A stretch of DNA of 64,000 nt from positions 7,543 through 71,542 of the forward strand of contig JAGGRY010000001.1 of the NCBI GenBank assembly GCA_021159365.1. Reading direction: 5' to 3'. The stretch's first letter is position 1; each line of letters opens with the position of its first letter. Below, in pieces: positions 20,071 through 29,537 of the stretch. Under the pieces are notes generated by a model. It did no database searches and was not told where the DNA came from. It saw only the letters and a program-made list of their open reading frames with translations. Both the position numbers and the translations under genes were made by a program. The stretch is from Nitrososphaerota archaeon (GTDB taxonomy: Archaea; Thermoproteota; Nitrososphaeria_A; Caldarchaeales; Wolframiiraptoraceae).

Positions 20071-20355
20071 TTGGAGGAGTCAGGCTCTCAAAGTTGGGAG
20101 GAGAAGAGGGATAAGGCTGTCCAGATACTCGAGGCTGTGGCAAATGACGTTGGAACGCCTAGGAATATTAGGAGAGCTGCTAAGGCCGCCGCCGATGAAT
20201 TGTTTAACGAAAAATATACTCCAGCTGTTAGAGCTGCGAACGCTATAGAGATGATCGAGGAGATAATTAATGATCCGAATATGCCCGTGTTTACGAGAAC
20301 TCAGCTTTGGATGGCGATCTCAATTTTAGAAACCATTCGCTCGACACCGACGTAA
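20071..20355 (+). CDS. UPF0147-family small archaeal protein
   Basis: VQILEAVANDVGTPRNIRRAAKAAADEL...AVRAANAIEMIEEIINDPNMP matches the conserved archaeal UPF0147 pattern. The start is TTG. Confidence 0.45.
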   Translation: MEESGSQSWEEKRDKAVQILEAVANDVGTPRNIRRAAKAAADELFNEKYTPAVRAANAIEMIEEIINDPNMPVFTRTQLWMAISILETIRSTPT

Positions 20356-20430
20356 TTCATCAATATCCTCAGGTTAATAGTCTCAGAATATCTTCAGGAA
20401 TTTGGCCACTTAAAGATTATATCTGAAGCT

Positions 20431-20904
20431 TTGGATGATGGCCTTGCCTTGGCGGTTCATAGGGGCAGAAGTAAGATAAGGTTCGAGATGACGAATGAAG
20501 ATGGAGATAAGATAATCCTGATCTTTGAGGGAAGAATTAGCAGAGAGAAGCTCATGCAGGTCGCGGATCTCATGGAGCTTTATGGGGGGCTTTCCGAATC
20601 CGATAGACAAGAACATTACTTTGAGGGGAGTAAGTTGGCTAAGCTCGCTAGAGTGATATCAAAATACTTTCCAGTAACCTACTTTACATCCCGTGAAGCC
20701 GTCGAGGCATATATCTCTGAGTATAGGGAGCCGATAAGCCTCAGCACAACATCAACTTATCTCGCAAGGCTATCTGAAAGGGGATTTCTTGAACGGAGAA
20801 GGTTTGGCGGAGTGATCAGATATAGAGTCATTAGACGTCAACCTCAGATTCCAGATGAAGAGAGATATACTCAGAGATTCGAATCGTATGACCGAGAGTT
20901 TTAG
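20431..20904 (+). CDS. hypothetical protein with C-terminal wHTH-like region
   Basis: 157 aa. The C-terminal stretch (STTSTYLARLSERGFLERRRFGGVIRY) is winged-helix-like. Confidence 0.35.
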   Translation: MDDGLALAVHRGRSKIRFEMTNEDGDKIILIFEGRISREKLMQVADLMELYGGLSESDRQEHYFEGSKLAKLARVISKYFPVTYFTSREAVEAYISEYREPISLSTTSTYLARLSERGFLERRRFGGVIRYRVIRRQPQIPDEERYTQRFESYDREF

Positions 20905-20963
20905 GGCTGGTCTAGGTATTTCTTATATCGTCTACTATTTTGTATTACTGGAAGGAGACAGAT

Positions 20964-21362
20964 ATGAAGAAAATTCTAATCGATTTTCTCAGGAGATCTG
21001 GGCTCAGAATACCCGATCCAAAGCTTTTGGAGGAGTTATTGAAGGAATCCCATCTAACGAGACCTCAAGTCGAGACTCTGTTAATTGAGCTTGGAGTGGC
21101 GAATCTAGGCCTCAAGCTAAGCGTCGAGGAAAAGGCGAGGCTGAGAGGAGTGAGCAAAGGAGCTTATGCGCGGACCAAGCGTCAGGCGATAGACAATATC
21201 AGGAAAAGCATCTACACCATCATGCTCTTAAGATTCTTGGGAATCTTCGGAGATGAAGCTCTGGCCTCAATTCTAGAAGCTTCCGAACTCTTGGTCATGG
21301 GAAAGATTGACGACGCTGTGACCATCCTAAGATCCGTGACCCTTTGTGACGTCACAAGGTGA
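20964..21362 (+). CDS. hypothetical HTH protein
   Basis: ATG 20964 follows GGAGA 6 nt upstream. The LSVEEKARLRGVSKGAYARTKRQAIDNIRK segment is a sigma-region-4/LuxR-like HTH. Confidence 0.35.
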   Translation: MKKILIDFLRRSGLRIPDPKLLEELLKESHLTRPQVETLLIELGVANLGLKLSVEEKARLRGVSKGAYARTKRQAIDNIRKSIYTIMLLRFLGIFGDEALASILEASELLVMGKIDDAVTILRSVTLCDVTR

Positions 21363-21457
21363 CTACAGCCATGAGCATCCGAGCCCGCGTAAAACTAAGG
21401 TCAGATAAGGTCGGATAATGTTTAATTTCTCCTTAGTATTTGGTGGGTCGTTGAGAA

Positions 21458-21835
21458 TTGTTGATAAACGGAGCTCTGGAATGGGGATTGGTGATACTCT
21501 TTATAGCGCTCTTCATAACTCAATCCATCGTCTTCGCGATCCTGCTTTTAAGGCTTAGGAAGAAGCTTTACTCTATTAAAGCTCAGAGAGCTTGGGAACC
21601 ATTCCCCATAGTTGAAAAACCCTCTCAAACAACCCTGAAGGTCTTGAAAGAGCTGTCGTCTTCAAACGGATTGGAGGCGAGGGAGCTTAGCAAGAGGCTT
21701 GGCTTGAGCAGGGAATATACTGCGAGGCTTTTAAAGAAGATGGTCGAGGACGGGCTTGTAGTTCGGCGGGGGAAACCATATAAATATCAATTGACCGAGC
21801 TGGGGATCAGATTACTAAAGGAATCCGAGGATTGA
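21458..21835 (+). CDS. membrane-anchored MarR/wHTH-like regulator
   Basis: An N-terminal TM helix followed by a wHTH (LEARELSKRLGLSREYTARLLKKMVEDGLVVRRGKPYKYQLTELG). Confidence 0.45.
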   Translation: MLINGALEWGLVILFIALFITQSIVFAILLLRLRKKLYSIKAQRAWEPFPIVEKPSQTTLKVLKELSSSNGLEARELSKRLGLSREYTARLLKKMVEDGLVVRRGKPYKYQLTELGIRLLKESED

Positions 21836-21978
21836 GGAGAGAAGATTTTAACTTGAGACTTCACTCTATTTGATGGCGATGATGAGGGACTCATGCCCGA
21901 AGCCGTGAGGGAACCTTGGGGTAGCTGACGCCATTCACATCTTTTTAGAGGTTTGAAAGGCTCGTTTAATGACTCATG

Positions 21979-23181
21979 TTAGTGTTTGATTCTGAAATTC
22001 TCGGTTAACGTGATCGAGAGATCCTCTACCCTTAGATTGATGATGCGGTCATCCCATACCCATTTGTTCTCACTCACCTTTTCCGCATTTATCTCTTTTA
22101 AGAGCTGGATGAATGCCGTCAGAAATTCTTCGAGCTCTTCCCTATTCTCCCACGCTATCTTCCAACGCAGTAATCTCTCTTCACCCTTCTCATAATATTC
22201 TATTAGATCTCCACTCCATCCTTCCGCGGCCTTTACGGCGACTTCCATCGGTAGATGTGCTCTCAGCATCTGTCTTATGAAGAACTCTCCAAGCCTATCT
22301 CTAAGTAAAATTCTCCAATCCTTCTCGACTTTAGTCATGAATTCAACTTTCCTCGGCTCCCATCCTTCGACATACTTCTCCGGGTGGAGAATCTCGGCGG
22401 TGGATTTAGGCATCCTGAGATATACTTCATTCACTTTCTTCCATCCTCCGAGTTCTCGAAGATATTGGATGAATTCCCTTCCATAGAGGTATGGGAAGAG
22501 CCAGATCGAGGTCACGGGGTTAAAATCTTCTTCATGACCTTGACTCTCAGCTTTGCCTCCATGCTCCAGAAGATAGTCTAGAGCTACTAGGTCGGCGTCT
22601 CCTTCTATGACCGCTCTAATCGCCTGCTTCTCATCGTGAAATCTCCCCTCAGGTATCTTGAAGTATACTCCTTGCAGGATGTGAGTCAGCTCATGGGCCA
22701 GAACTCTGCCGGCTTGAAGCCTCTTAGATGGGTCAAAGTATTCTTTAACCACGTATATCGTGTTATCTGCGGATGCGGCAACCGTGCAGCCACTTTGCCC
22801 CAGCTTTATCTTTGTTAGGTTATAGCTTTCTGGAACCATGAATAATGCTTTGTAAAGTTCCTCTTCAAGCTCGACCTCAGTTAAATTTAGATATCCTAGA
22901 CCCCAGTGCTTGATCACCCATTCTTTTGTTAGGACCACTAGCTTAACATTCTGATCGAATCTGAGCCCTCTATCCTTCTCAACCCACTTTATCACATGGT
23001 CGAGCAGATTCTTTGTGGCGTTCCAGTAATGGTCTTTCGGAGTCTCTGCAACGGTCTTTACGATGGTTATCGTTGAGGGATGAGCAACGATCATGCTCGC
23101 TATAAGATATCCTCCAATAAAGCCCGCTAAGACCGTGAACAACACCAACAATACTGTTATCCGCGACTTCTCAGTCCTCAA
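21979..23181 (-). CDS. membrane-anchored HExxH metallopeptidase-like protein (DUF4157-like motif)
   Basis: An N-terminal TM helix, and VLAHELTHILQGV resembling the DUF4157 HExxH-x-Q signature. Confidence 0.5.
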   Translation of the reverse strand: MRTEKSRITVLLVLFTVLAGFIGGYLIASMIVAHPSTITIVKTVAETPKDHYWNATKNLLDHVIKWVEKDRGLRFDQNVKLVVLTKEWVIKHWGLGYLNLTEVELEEELYKALFMVPESYNLTKIKLGQSGCTVAASADNTIYVVKEYFDPSKRLQAGRVLAHELTHILQGVYFKIPEGRFHDEKQAIRAVIEGDADLVALDYLLEHGGKAESQGHEEDFNPVTSIWLFPYLYGREFIQYLRELGGWKKVNEVYLRMPKSTAEILHPEKYVEGWEPRKVEFMTKVEKDWRILLRDRLGEFFIRQMLRAHLPMEVAVKAAEGWSGDLIEYYEKGEERLLRWKIAWENREELEEFLTAFIQLLKEINAEKVSENKWVWDDRIINLRVEDLSITLTENFRIKH

Positions 23182-23225
23182 TCCGATGAAAAATTCCTAT
23201 GCGATGTAAAAAATCTTTGAAAATC

Positions 23226-24098
23226 TTATATCTTAATTCCCTGGCTTGGGTCACCTTTAAGTTTCTCAAACTCTTTAATTAATCTCTCGGTTATCGGGCC
23301 TGGAACCCTTGTACCTATCTTTCTGCCATTCACGCTCTCGACAGGAACTATTTCAGCGGCAGTTCCAGTTAGAAAGACCTCATCCGCTGTGATCAACTCG
23401 AATGGCGTCAGCTCTCTTTCCATAACTTCGTATCCGAGCTTTCTGGCCAGCTCGATTATACAATTCCTAGTTATCCCCAACAATACTCCAGATGTCGGCG
23501 GAGGCGTCATGATCTTCCCATTCTTGACTATGAAGACGTTCTCTCCCGTTGCTTCTGAGACGAATCCCCTATTGTCGAGCATTATAGCATCATCGGCTCC
23601 GGCACTGATCGCTTCCAACTTAGCTAGAATGCTGTTAAGATAGTTCAGCGACTTAGCTTGATGGTTTGTTGCGTCAACCCCATCTCTCCTAACAGACGAT
23701 ATTATCAGGGAAACTGCCTTCTTTCCGAGAAGTGGACCCATAGGCTTGACTATTATGATTATGGATGGCTTACCGCATTTTCTCGGATCTAGACCTAAGT
23801 CTCCAACCCCTCTCGTCACCACGACCCGGATATAGCAATCCATTAAGCCGTTCTTCCTGATGGTTTCTAAGATCGCCTCTATCAACTCTTCTTTACTCAT
23901 GGGGATCTCGATCTTCAGGAACTTCGCCGAATCGTATAGTCTCTCTATATGCTCTCTAAGCTTGAAGACCACACCCTTATACGCCCTAATTCCTTCAAAG
24001 ACTCCATCTCCATAGAGGAATCCATGATCGAGGACTGAGATCTTAGCCTCAGATTCTGGAACAAGATTACCATTGATATAGATTAGGCTTTCAGTCAT
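23226..24098 (-). CDS. ilvE: branched-chain amino acid aminotransferase
   Basis: A class IV PLP-dependent aminotransferase: FGDGVFEGIRAY and GITR motifs, 290 aa. Confidence 0.85.
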   Translation of the reverse strand: MTESLIYINGNLVPESEAKISVLDHGFLYGDGVFEGIRAYKGVVFKLREHIERLYDSAKFLKIEIPMSKEELIEAILETIRKNGLMDCYIRVVVTRGVGDLGLDPRKCGKPSIIIIVKPMGPLLGKKAVSLIISSVRRDGVDATNHQAKSLNYLNSILAKLEAISAGADDAIMLDNRGFVSEATGENVFIVKNGKIMTPPPTSGVLLGITRNCIIELARKLGYEVMERELTPFELITADEVFLTGTAAEIVPVESVNGRKIGTRVPGPITERLIKEFEKLKGDPSQGIKI

Positions 24099-24180
24099 TG
24101 GTGAGCTTAGATCTCGTATCTATATTTAAGGTTATTCGCCTCAACCCTTTTAAAATCCCCGGATAAGAAAATATCCAGAG

Positions 24181-24513
24181 ATGGGAAAGCGTAAGATTGT
24201 ATCAGAGCCGGATGAGCTTGAGGAGCTTGTTGAGCCTGGGCCTGGAGACGTCTATGGTGTAGTGGTTAAGATGTATGGTTATGATCGAGTATTAGTTGAG
24301 TGCAGTGACGGAAAGACCAGATTATGTAGGATTAGGGGGCAGCTTAGACGTAGGATCTGGATAAGGGAAGGAGACCTAGTTTTGGTGAGCCCTTGGGACT
24401 TTCAGAGAGATAAGCGGGGAGATGTTTGGTGGAGATTTACTAAGGTTCAAGCCCTAAAGCTCGCTGAGCAGGGGGTAATTCCAGACTTCTTAAGGGAGAA
24501 GTTGACCGAATGA
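24181..24513 (+). CDS. eif1a: translation initiation factor aIF-1A
   Basis: S1/OB fold with GDVYGVV...VECSDGKTRLCRIRGQLRRRIWIREGDLVLVSPWDF. Confidence 0.85.
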   Translation: MGKRKIVSEPDELEELVEPGPGDVYGVVVKMYGYDRVLVECSDGKTRLCRIRGQLRRRIWIREGDLVLVSPWDFQRDKRGDVWWRFTKVQALKLAEQGVIPDFLREKLTE

Positions 24514-24562
24514 GTCAACATACTTTTAAACACCCATAACTCTAATTCCTTGGAGAAGAGTT

Positions 24563-25378
24563 TTGTCTGGCGAAGAAAAAGTGGAGAAAAAACTTCGAAT
24601 TCGAGAATATAGATATGAGAGGGAGCAGAGATATCTTAGGAAGAGATCTGAGCTTGATGAGGTCTTAGAAGAGGTCTTCGACCGCCAAACTCTCATGACG
24701 ATCTACTCCTTGATGAATAAGGGTTTGATAAAGGAGTTCTATGGAGTTGTTAGCGCTGGGAAGGAGTCGAGGATCTATCTCGCCAAGGGAAGAGATGATG
24801 TGGATCTAGCGGTCAAGATCTACTTGATAATAAGCGCGGAATTCAAGAAGAGGAGGATGATGTATACCATGTATGATCCAAGGTTTAAGCGGGTTCCCAA
24901 AGACTTCAGAGACTTCATCTACCTTTGGGCTAGGAGAGAGTATAGTAATCTTGAAGCTGCATATGAGGCTGGAGTACCCGTTCCCAAGCCATATTTCGTT
25001 AGAAACAATATTCTCGGAATGGAGTTCATAGGCGAGGATGGGAAGCGTTATCCAACTCTCGTTGAGATAGAGCTTTCAAAAGAAGATTATGAAGAGATTT
25101 ATCCAAAGGTGATCGATGCCTTGAAAAAGTTATACAGGAATGCGAGGCTTATTCATGGAGATCTAAGTGAATACAATATATTCGTGCTCCCAAATAATGA
25201 TGTGATTTTAATAGATTTGTCACAGGCGGTCAGGGTCGAGCAACCTATAGCTGATTCACTCCTATTAAGAGACTTGAAAAACATCATTAGATTCTTTAGA
25301 AAAAATGGCGTTGAGACACCCGAGCCTGAGCAATTATTTGAAGAAATTACCGGTAAGGAACCATTTGCTTTAGAATAA
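24563..25378 (+). CDS. rio1: RIO-type serine/threonine protein kinase
   Basis: VSAGKESRIY glycine loop, LIHGDLSEYNI catalytic loop, IDLSQAV. The start is TTG. Confidence 0.8.
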   Translation: MSGEEKVEKKLRIREYRYEREQRYLRKRSELDEVLEEVFDRQTLMTIYSLMNKGLIKEFYGVVSAGKESRIYLAKGRDDVDLAVKIYLIISAEFKKRRMMYTMYDPRFKRVPKDFRDFIYLWARREYSNLEAAYEAGVPVPKPYFVRNNILGMEFIGEDGKRYPTLVEIELSKEDYEEIYPKVIDALKKLYRNARLIHGDLSEYNIFVLPNNDVILIDLSQAVRVEQPIADSLLLRDLKNIIRFFRKNGVETPEPEQLFEEITGKEPFALE

Positions 25379-25693
25379 TCTATCAATCACTTCCTAAAGA
25401 TTATGTTATAAACTAGGTCAATATTGCTGAATACTCCATGCTCCTGGATCGCTTTTGACATATGAACCTCAAAGGACTTCTGATGTCTTCGTTATGTCTC
25501 AATCAAAGGTTGAAGATCCAGTAATTTTACGCAGAGACTCCGACCATGATAAGATTTGGAGAACTTACAAACCTGAACAGAGAGAGACGCTGAAGAATAT
25601 CTTGAAGAAAATGGGTCTGCTATAAAGCAGTTACACCTACACATTTTTAATATCGTTTGAGAGAGGTTTATTTTTCCTCATTATATTTAAATG

Positions 25694-25810
25694 TCCCGCG
25701 GGGGTGATTTGAACACCCGGCCATCCGGTGTCTGCCTGGTAGGCTGGATGGCCACGCCGTTTTGGGCGTGGTCTACAGCCGGACGCTCTACCAGGCTGAG
25801 CTACCGCGGG
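25694..25810 (-). tRNA. tRNA-Tyr (GUA) with a 43-nt intron at the canonical 37/38 position
   Basis: On the minus strand: acceptor CCCGCGG/CCGCGGG with C1-G72 and A73, the archaeal Tyr identity. D-arm GCUC-AGCCUGGUA-GAGC. Anticodon stem UCCGG/CCGGA with loop CUGUAG|intron|A. T-arm GGGUG-UUCAAAU-CACCC. Total 117 nt = 74 + 43. Confidence 0.8.
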
Positions 25811-25839
25811 TCTATTTTCTAAGGGTTTTCCGGCTCTAA

Positions 25840-26325
25840 TTAACTCTTACTCTTTTTTAGGATGGTCTTGAGCTTTAGCAGCTCGTTTCTCAGTTCTTGA
25901 GCCGTTTCAAGCATACTCTTCATATCGTTTCTCTTCAACTCCTTCTGCTTTGAGGTATTTGGCTTGAGGAGGCTTTCCTCGGTCTCCGGCTGCTCGTCCA
26001 TCTTCTCCTCAGCCCCTTTCTCAGAGCTTTCCTCAGATCGCTCTTTAGGCGTCTGTTTCCCTTCTTCTACTCGGCCTGAGAACTCATTCGCGCTAGGTTC
26101 AGAGATTAGCTCTACTTTTTCTGGAGCGGGAGATTCTATGATCTGAATGTCGATTGCTTCTAGCTCTGGTTGAGGCTCTATTGAGGGCTCGGTCGGCTCT
26201 TGGGGTTCTTTGAAGCTTTGAGGCTTATCTCTCGACCAAGTGATTCTGTTTAAGATCATCCCAATGAGATATATTGAGATTATCGCCGTGACTAGTAGGA
26301 GCCACGTGATGGGATCCATCGCCAT
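25840..26325 (-). CDS. membrane-anchored acidic coiled-coil protein, terminal gene of the archaellum operon
   Basis: An N-terminal TM helix (ITWLLLVTAIISIYLIGMIL), a Pro/Glu-rich acidic linker, and a C-terminal coiled coil. Its start codon lies 2 nt after the flaJ stop. Confidence 0.45.
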   Translation of the reverse strand: MAMDPITWLLLVTAIISIYLIGMILNRITWSRDKPQSFKEPQEPTEPSIEPQPELEAIDIQIIESPAPEKVELISEPSANEFSGRVEEGKQTPKERSEESSEKGAEEKMDEQPETEESLLKPNTSKQKELKRNDMKSMLETAQELRNELLKLKTILKKSKS

Positions 26326-26326
26326 C

Positions 26327-27841
26327 TTAGATCTCCTCCATGATTTTTCCCATCTCTCCCATGAATCCTGAGGCCAGGTTGAAGAGTTTCATTGAGGCTA
26401 GTAGGGCTAGATGATAGATTAAGCTGCTTATGGTTAAGAGTATTCCGAGGTGATAGGTGAAGGTGAATTTCGAGTCTCCCTCGATTGAGTAGATTATGTA
26501 GCTGCTTGCGACGGCCATGATCAGCATTAACGCTGAGAAAAATGTTGTTATAGTGTTCTCGGAGATCGGCGTTATCACGGGAAACCATGTATAGATGAGC
26601 TTCGCGAATCCGGAAAGTATCTTTGTGAGAACTGATATCAGAGCTGAGATCGCGGAGAATATTGCTTGTAGGGGCAGGGCTAAGCCTCTAATAGCTCCAG
26701 CGACCTGCTTCCTCTTCTTCCTATTTGCCAGATGATTTAGGATATAGTCATGTAGCGCTTTTGATGTGATGGATTGTCTTGAACCATATCGAAGCGAATC
26801 TGCCTCAATTCTACATGTTGAGAGAATTAGGTTGCTGAGGCTTTCGACTCCGAACATCTCGACGGCCTTTCCCTGCTCGAATCCGAGCTCAAGCCTCTTA
26901 CCAAGTCTCTTCAAGAGCTTGTTAAGGGGACCATAATCGTTTATCGAGACCACCTTACACGCGGATTTCAGGGATCCTGAGACTTCCAAGGCGTCTCCAA
27001 GGGATTTCACGAAAGGAGCATAGTTTTCATCCATCTCTCTAGCGGATTTCACCCATCTTTTACCGACCCATCCTATCATCAATAGTGGTGCTCCGGCTAA
27101 AAGCATGGGAACAGATATTGGATCGAGGAAGCCCTTCAATTTTATCGGTGAGAGTATTAGGAGTGACGTCGAGGATAGCGATGTAACGAGAATTATGGGG
27201 TTCATTCTCTCGATCGAGGCCAGCTTTTCAGGTCTCCTCGGATCGCTGTGTAGGATTGGATCTCTTGGAAGAGATCTTGAGGTAAAGAACGCTATGAACG
27301 CTAGAGACGTCACTACTGCGATTATAGTCCATATCAGAATCCTGTTCACGTCTATTCCGTAGATCATCGATGTTAGGAGCATTGAGACGCTTAGGAAGAT
27401 GTTTGACGTCATGATCGCCGAATATGCTTCAATATATCTCTTCACCCTCTCAATCGCCCTGTCGAACTCCGTTATCTTGTTAGCCATCATTTTCTCATAT
27501 TCAACTCTCATGAAGTCTCTTAGATCCACATTCACATTCACGGAGTCGGATAATCTTTGAAGAAACTTCTTGACTCTTTCCTCCGAGATCTGTGAAGCCA
27601 CATATCTGGCTGCTTTATGTAAGGTGTAGCCCCACTTCTCAACTAGGGTCGAGATCTTGGAGAATATCTTCGATGCATCAGAGAGGGCGAGAAAAGATTT
27701 TCCAGCCATCTTCATTATATCTCTCGAAGATGGACTTGCGGTCGAGAGTGAATATAAGTGGATTATCATGAGTGGATATATCTCCTTAAGCTTCTTCTTT
27801 TCACTCCATCTCTTTAAGAGATGTTTTAATCTGATTCCCAA
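26327..27841 (-). CDS. flaJ: archaellum assembly membrane protein FlaJ/ArlJ (TadC/GspF-like)
   Basis: A 504-aa polytopic membrane protein immediately downstream of flaI, with cytoplasmic domains alternating with TM blocks. Confidence 0.7.
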   Translation of the reverse strand: MGIRLKHLLKRWSEKKKLKEIYPLMIIHLYSLSTASPSSRDIMKMAGKSFLALSDASKIFSKISTLVEKWGYTLHKAARYVASQISEERVKKFLQRLSDSVNVNVDLRDFMRVEYEKMMANKITEFDRAIERVKRYIEAYSAIMTSNIFLSVSMLLTSMIYGIDVNRILIWTIIAVVTSLAFIAFFTSRSLPRDPILHSDPRRPEKLASIERMNPIILVTSLSSTSLLILSPIKLKGFLDPISVPMLLAGAPLLMIGWVGKRWVKSAREMDENYAPFVKSLGDALEVSGSLKSACKVVSINDYGPLNKLLKRLGKRLELGFEQGKAVEMFGVESLSNLILSTCRIEADSLRYGSRQSITSKALHDYILNHLANRKKRKQVAGAIRGLALPLQAIFSAISALISVLTKILSGFAKLIYTWFPVITPISENTITTFFSALMLIMAVASSYIIYSIEGDSKFTFTYHLGILLTISSLIYHLALLASMKLFNLASGFMGEMGKIMEEI

Positions 27842-29526
27842 GGTTTTCCACCTTCTTCGATGATTGCGAGAAGCTTCTTCGCGCCGATATTGTATGCTTG
27901 TTTCACGATCTTCCAGACCTTTAGATAGTCATAGACCCCGAGCTCTACGAGCCTCTTTAAGAGCCTCGCCCTCAGCATTAAGTCGTCATAGATCGCTCCA
28001 AGACTTCTCCTATCGATTCCCTTCATCACCGCGATCTTGTTCTCTAGGAGGTGGCTGCTTCCTCTTCCTCTGAATTCATGTTCATCTTCAGCGGGTTTCC
28101 AGTTGAAGAGTTCTATGTAATTGAATCTACCCTCGACTGGATCATATCCCACGATCTCGTTGACGCTTAGAACTCTTCTTTCAACCTTGCCAGTCCTCGG
28201 AATCCTGACCGCGCTTTGAATCACGACGCAGTTCAAGATGTCGATATATGTCTTCGGAACCTCTATCGGCGACCCGGTCAATCTTTGGACGAGCTTCTCA
28301 ATACTGCCGGCGTGGAAGGTCGTTAAGACTGGTGCTCCGGTCTGCATGGCTTGAAAGGCTACGCTTGCCTCTTTTCCCCTAATTTCTCCGACTATTATGT
28401 AATTTGGCCTCTGCCTTAGAGCTGCCTTCAATAGATCGAATAATTCTATCCCTATCCCTTCCTCGCTCTCTCTAGTGACCTCTCTAATCCAATTATCGTG
28501 TGGAACTATTATCTCAGGGGTGTCCTCTATGCTGATTATCTTGTAGTGTGGGTTTATGAAGACGCATGAAGCTCTTAGGAGAGTTGTCTTTCCACTCGCG
28601 GTCTCCCCGCAGAACCAGATGCTCATATTGTTTTCCAGGAGCATCCACAGATAGGCTGCTATCAATTCATCTATTGAACCCCATTTGATTAACTGGGTTA
28701 TGCTTATCGGCTTGTCGCTGAACTTTCTTATCGTGAAATTGCTTCCCCTCATGCTCACATCCGATCCAAACACTATGTTTATCCTAGATCCATCTGGAAG
28801 CGATGCGTCAACTATCGGATTCCTGTAAGTCACCGGTTTTCCAGTTTTCTCCGATAATCTCCTGACAAATTCGTCGAGGTCATCCCTGGAATCAAATTTT
28901 ACGTTTGATTCACAGCTTCCGAAGACCTTGTGTTCGACGAATATCGGTCCCAGGCCATCGCAGCTTATGTCCTCGATATATGGGTCTCTTATGAATGGTT
29001 CGAGTATTCCAAGTCTTGCTTTCTCCATTATTAGCTGATATTCGAGGGCTTTGTAGGTCTCATATCCGACGTAGATCTTCTTAATGACTCCATGCTTCCT
29101 CTCGACATCATATTTTCCCAAGGGCATCCCATATTTTATCTCCACAACAGTTCTGAGAAGCTTCTTCAATAACTTCTCATGCTCCTCAACCGTCTTGAAC
29201 TCCAGTTTCTCGTCTATCAACATTATCAAGGCTTCCTCAACTATATCGAATAAATTTCCAAGCCTTAACCCACTGGCAGGCTGGACGATGACATACATCG
29301 GCCTCTCGCCGGCTTCCCTCGTATAGATGTGGATGAAGATGGGGTCTCCGACGGGATAGATGATATTCACCTCATCCCTATATCTGAGCTCTCTTGAGAG
29401 CTGCTCCATATATTCTGGTAATGGTCTACCTCTCTTGGCCAAGTCATCTATGTATCGCATTAGATGAGGGTTCTTCGATAAAGCGTCTCTGAAATCCCTT
29501 CTAAAAGGTTTCAGCGTGGCCTTCAT
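27826..29526 (-). CDS. flaI: archaellum ATPase FlaI/ArlI (VirB11/GspE superfamily)
   Basis: Walker A GETASGKTT, Walker B and a His box, 566 aa. Confidence 0.85.
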   Translation of the reverse strand: MKATLKPFRRDFRDALSKNPHLMRYIDDLAKRGRPLPEYMEQLSRELRYRDEVNIIYPVGDPIFIHIYTREAGERPMYVIVQPASGLRLGNLFDIVEEALIMLIDEKLEFKTVEEHEKLLKKLLRTVVEIKYGMPLGKYDVERKHGVIKKIYVGYETYKALEYQLIMEKARLGILEPFIRDPYIEDISCDGLGPIFVEHKVFGSCESNVKFDSRDDLDEFVRRLSEKTGKPVTYRNPIVDASLPDGSRINIVFGSDVSMRGSNFTIRKFSDKPISITQLIKWGSIDELIAAYLWMLLENNMSIWFCGETASGKTTLLRASCVFINPHYKIISIEDTPEIIVPHDNWIREVTRESEEGIGIELFDLLKAALRQRPNYIIVGEIRGKEASVAFQAMQTGAPVLTTFHAGSIEKLVQRLTGSPIEVPKTYIDILNCVVIQSAVRIPRTGKVERRVLSVNEIVGYDPVEGRFNYIELFNWKPAEDEHEFRGRGSSHLLENKIAVMKGIDRRSLGAIYDDLMLRARLLKRLVELGVYDYLKVWKIVKQAYNIGAKKLLAIIEEGGKPWESD

Positions 29527-29537
29527 GGCCGCGCCTC

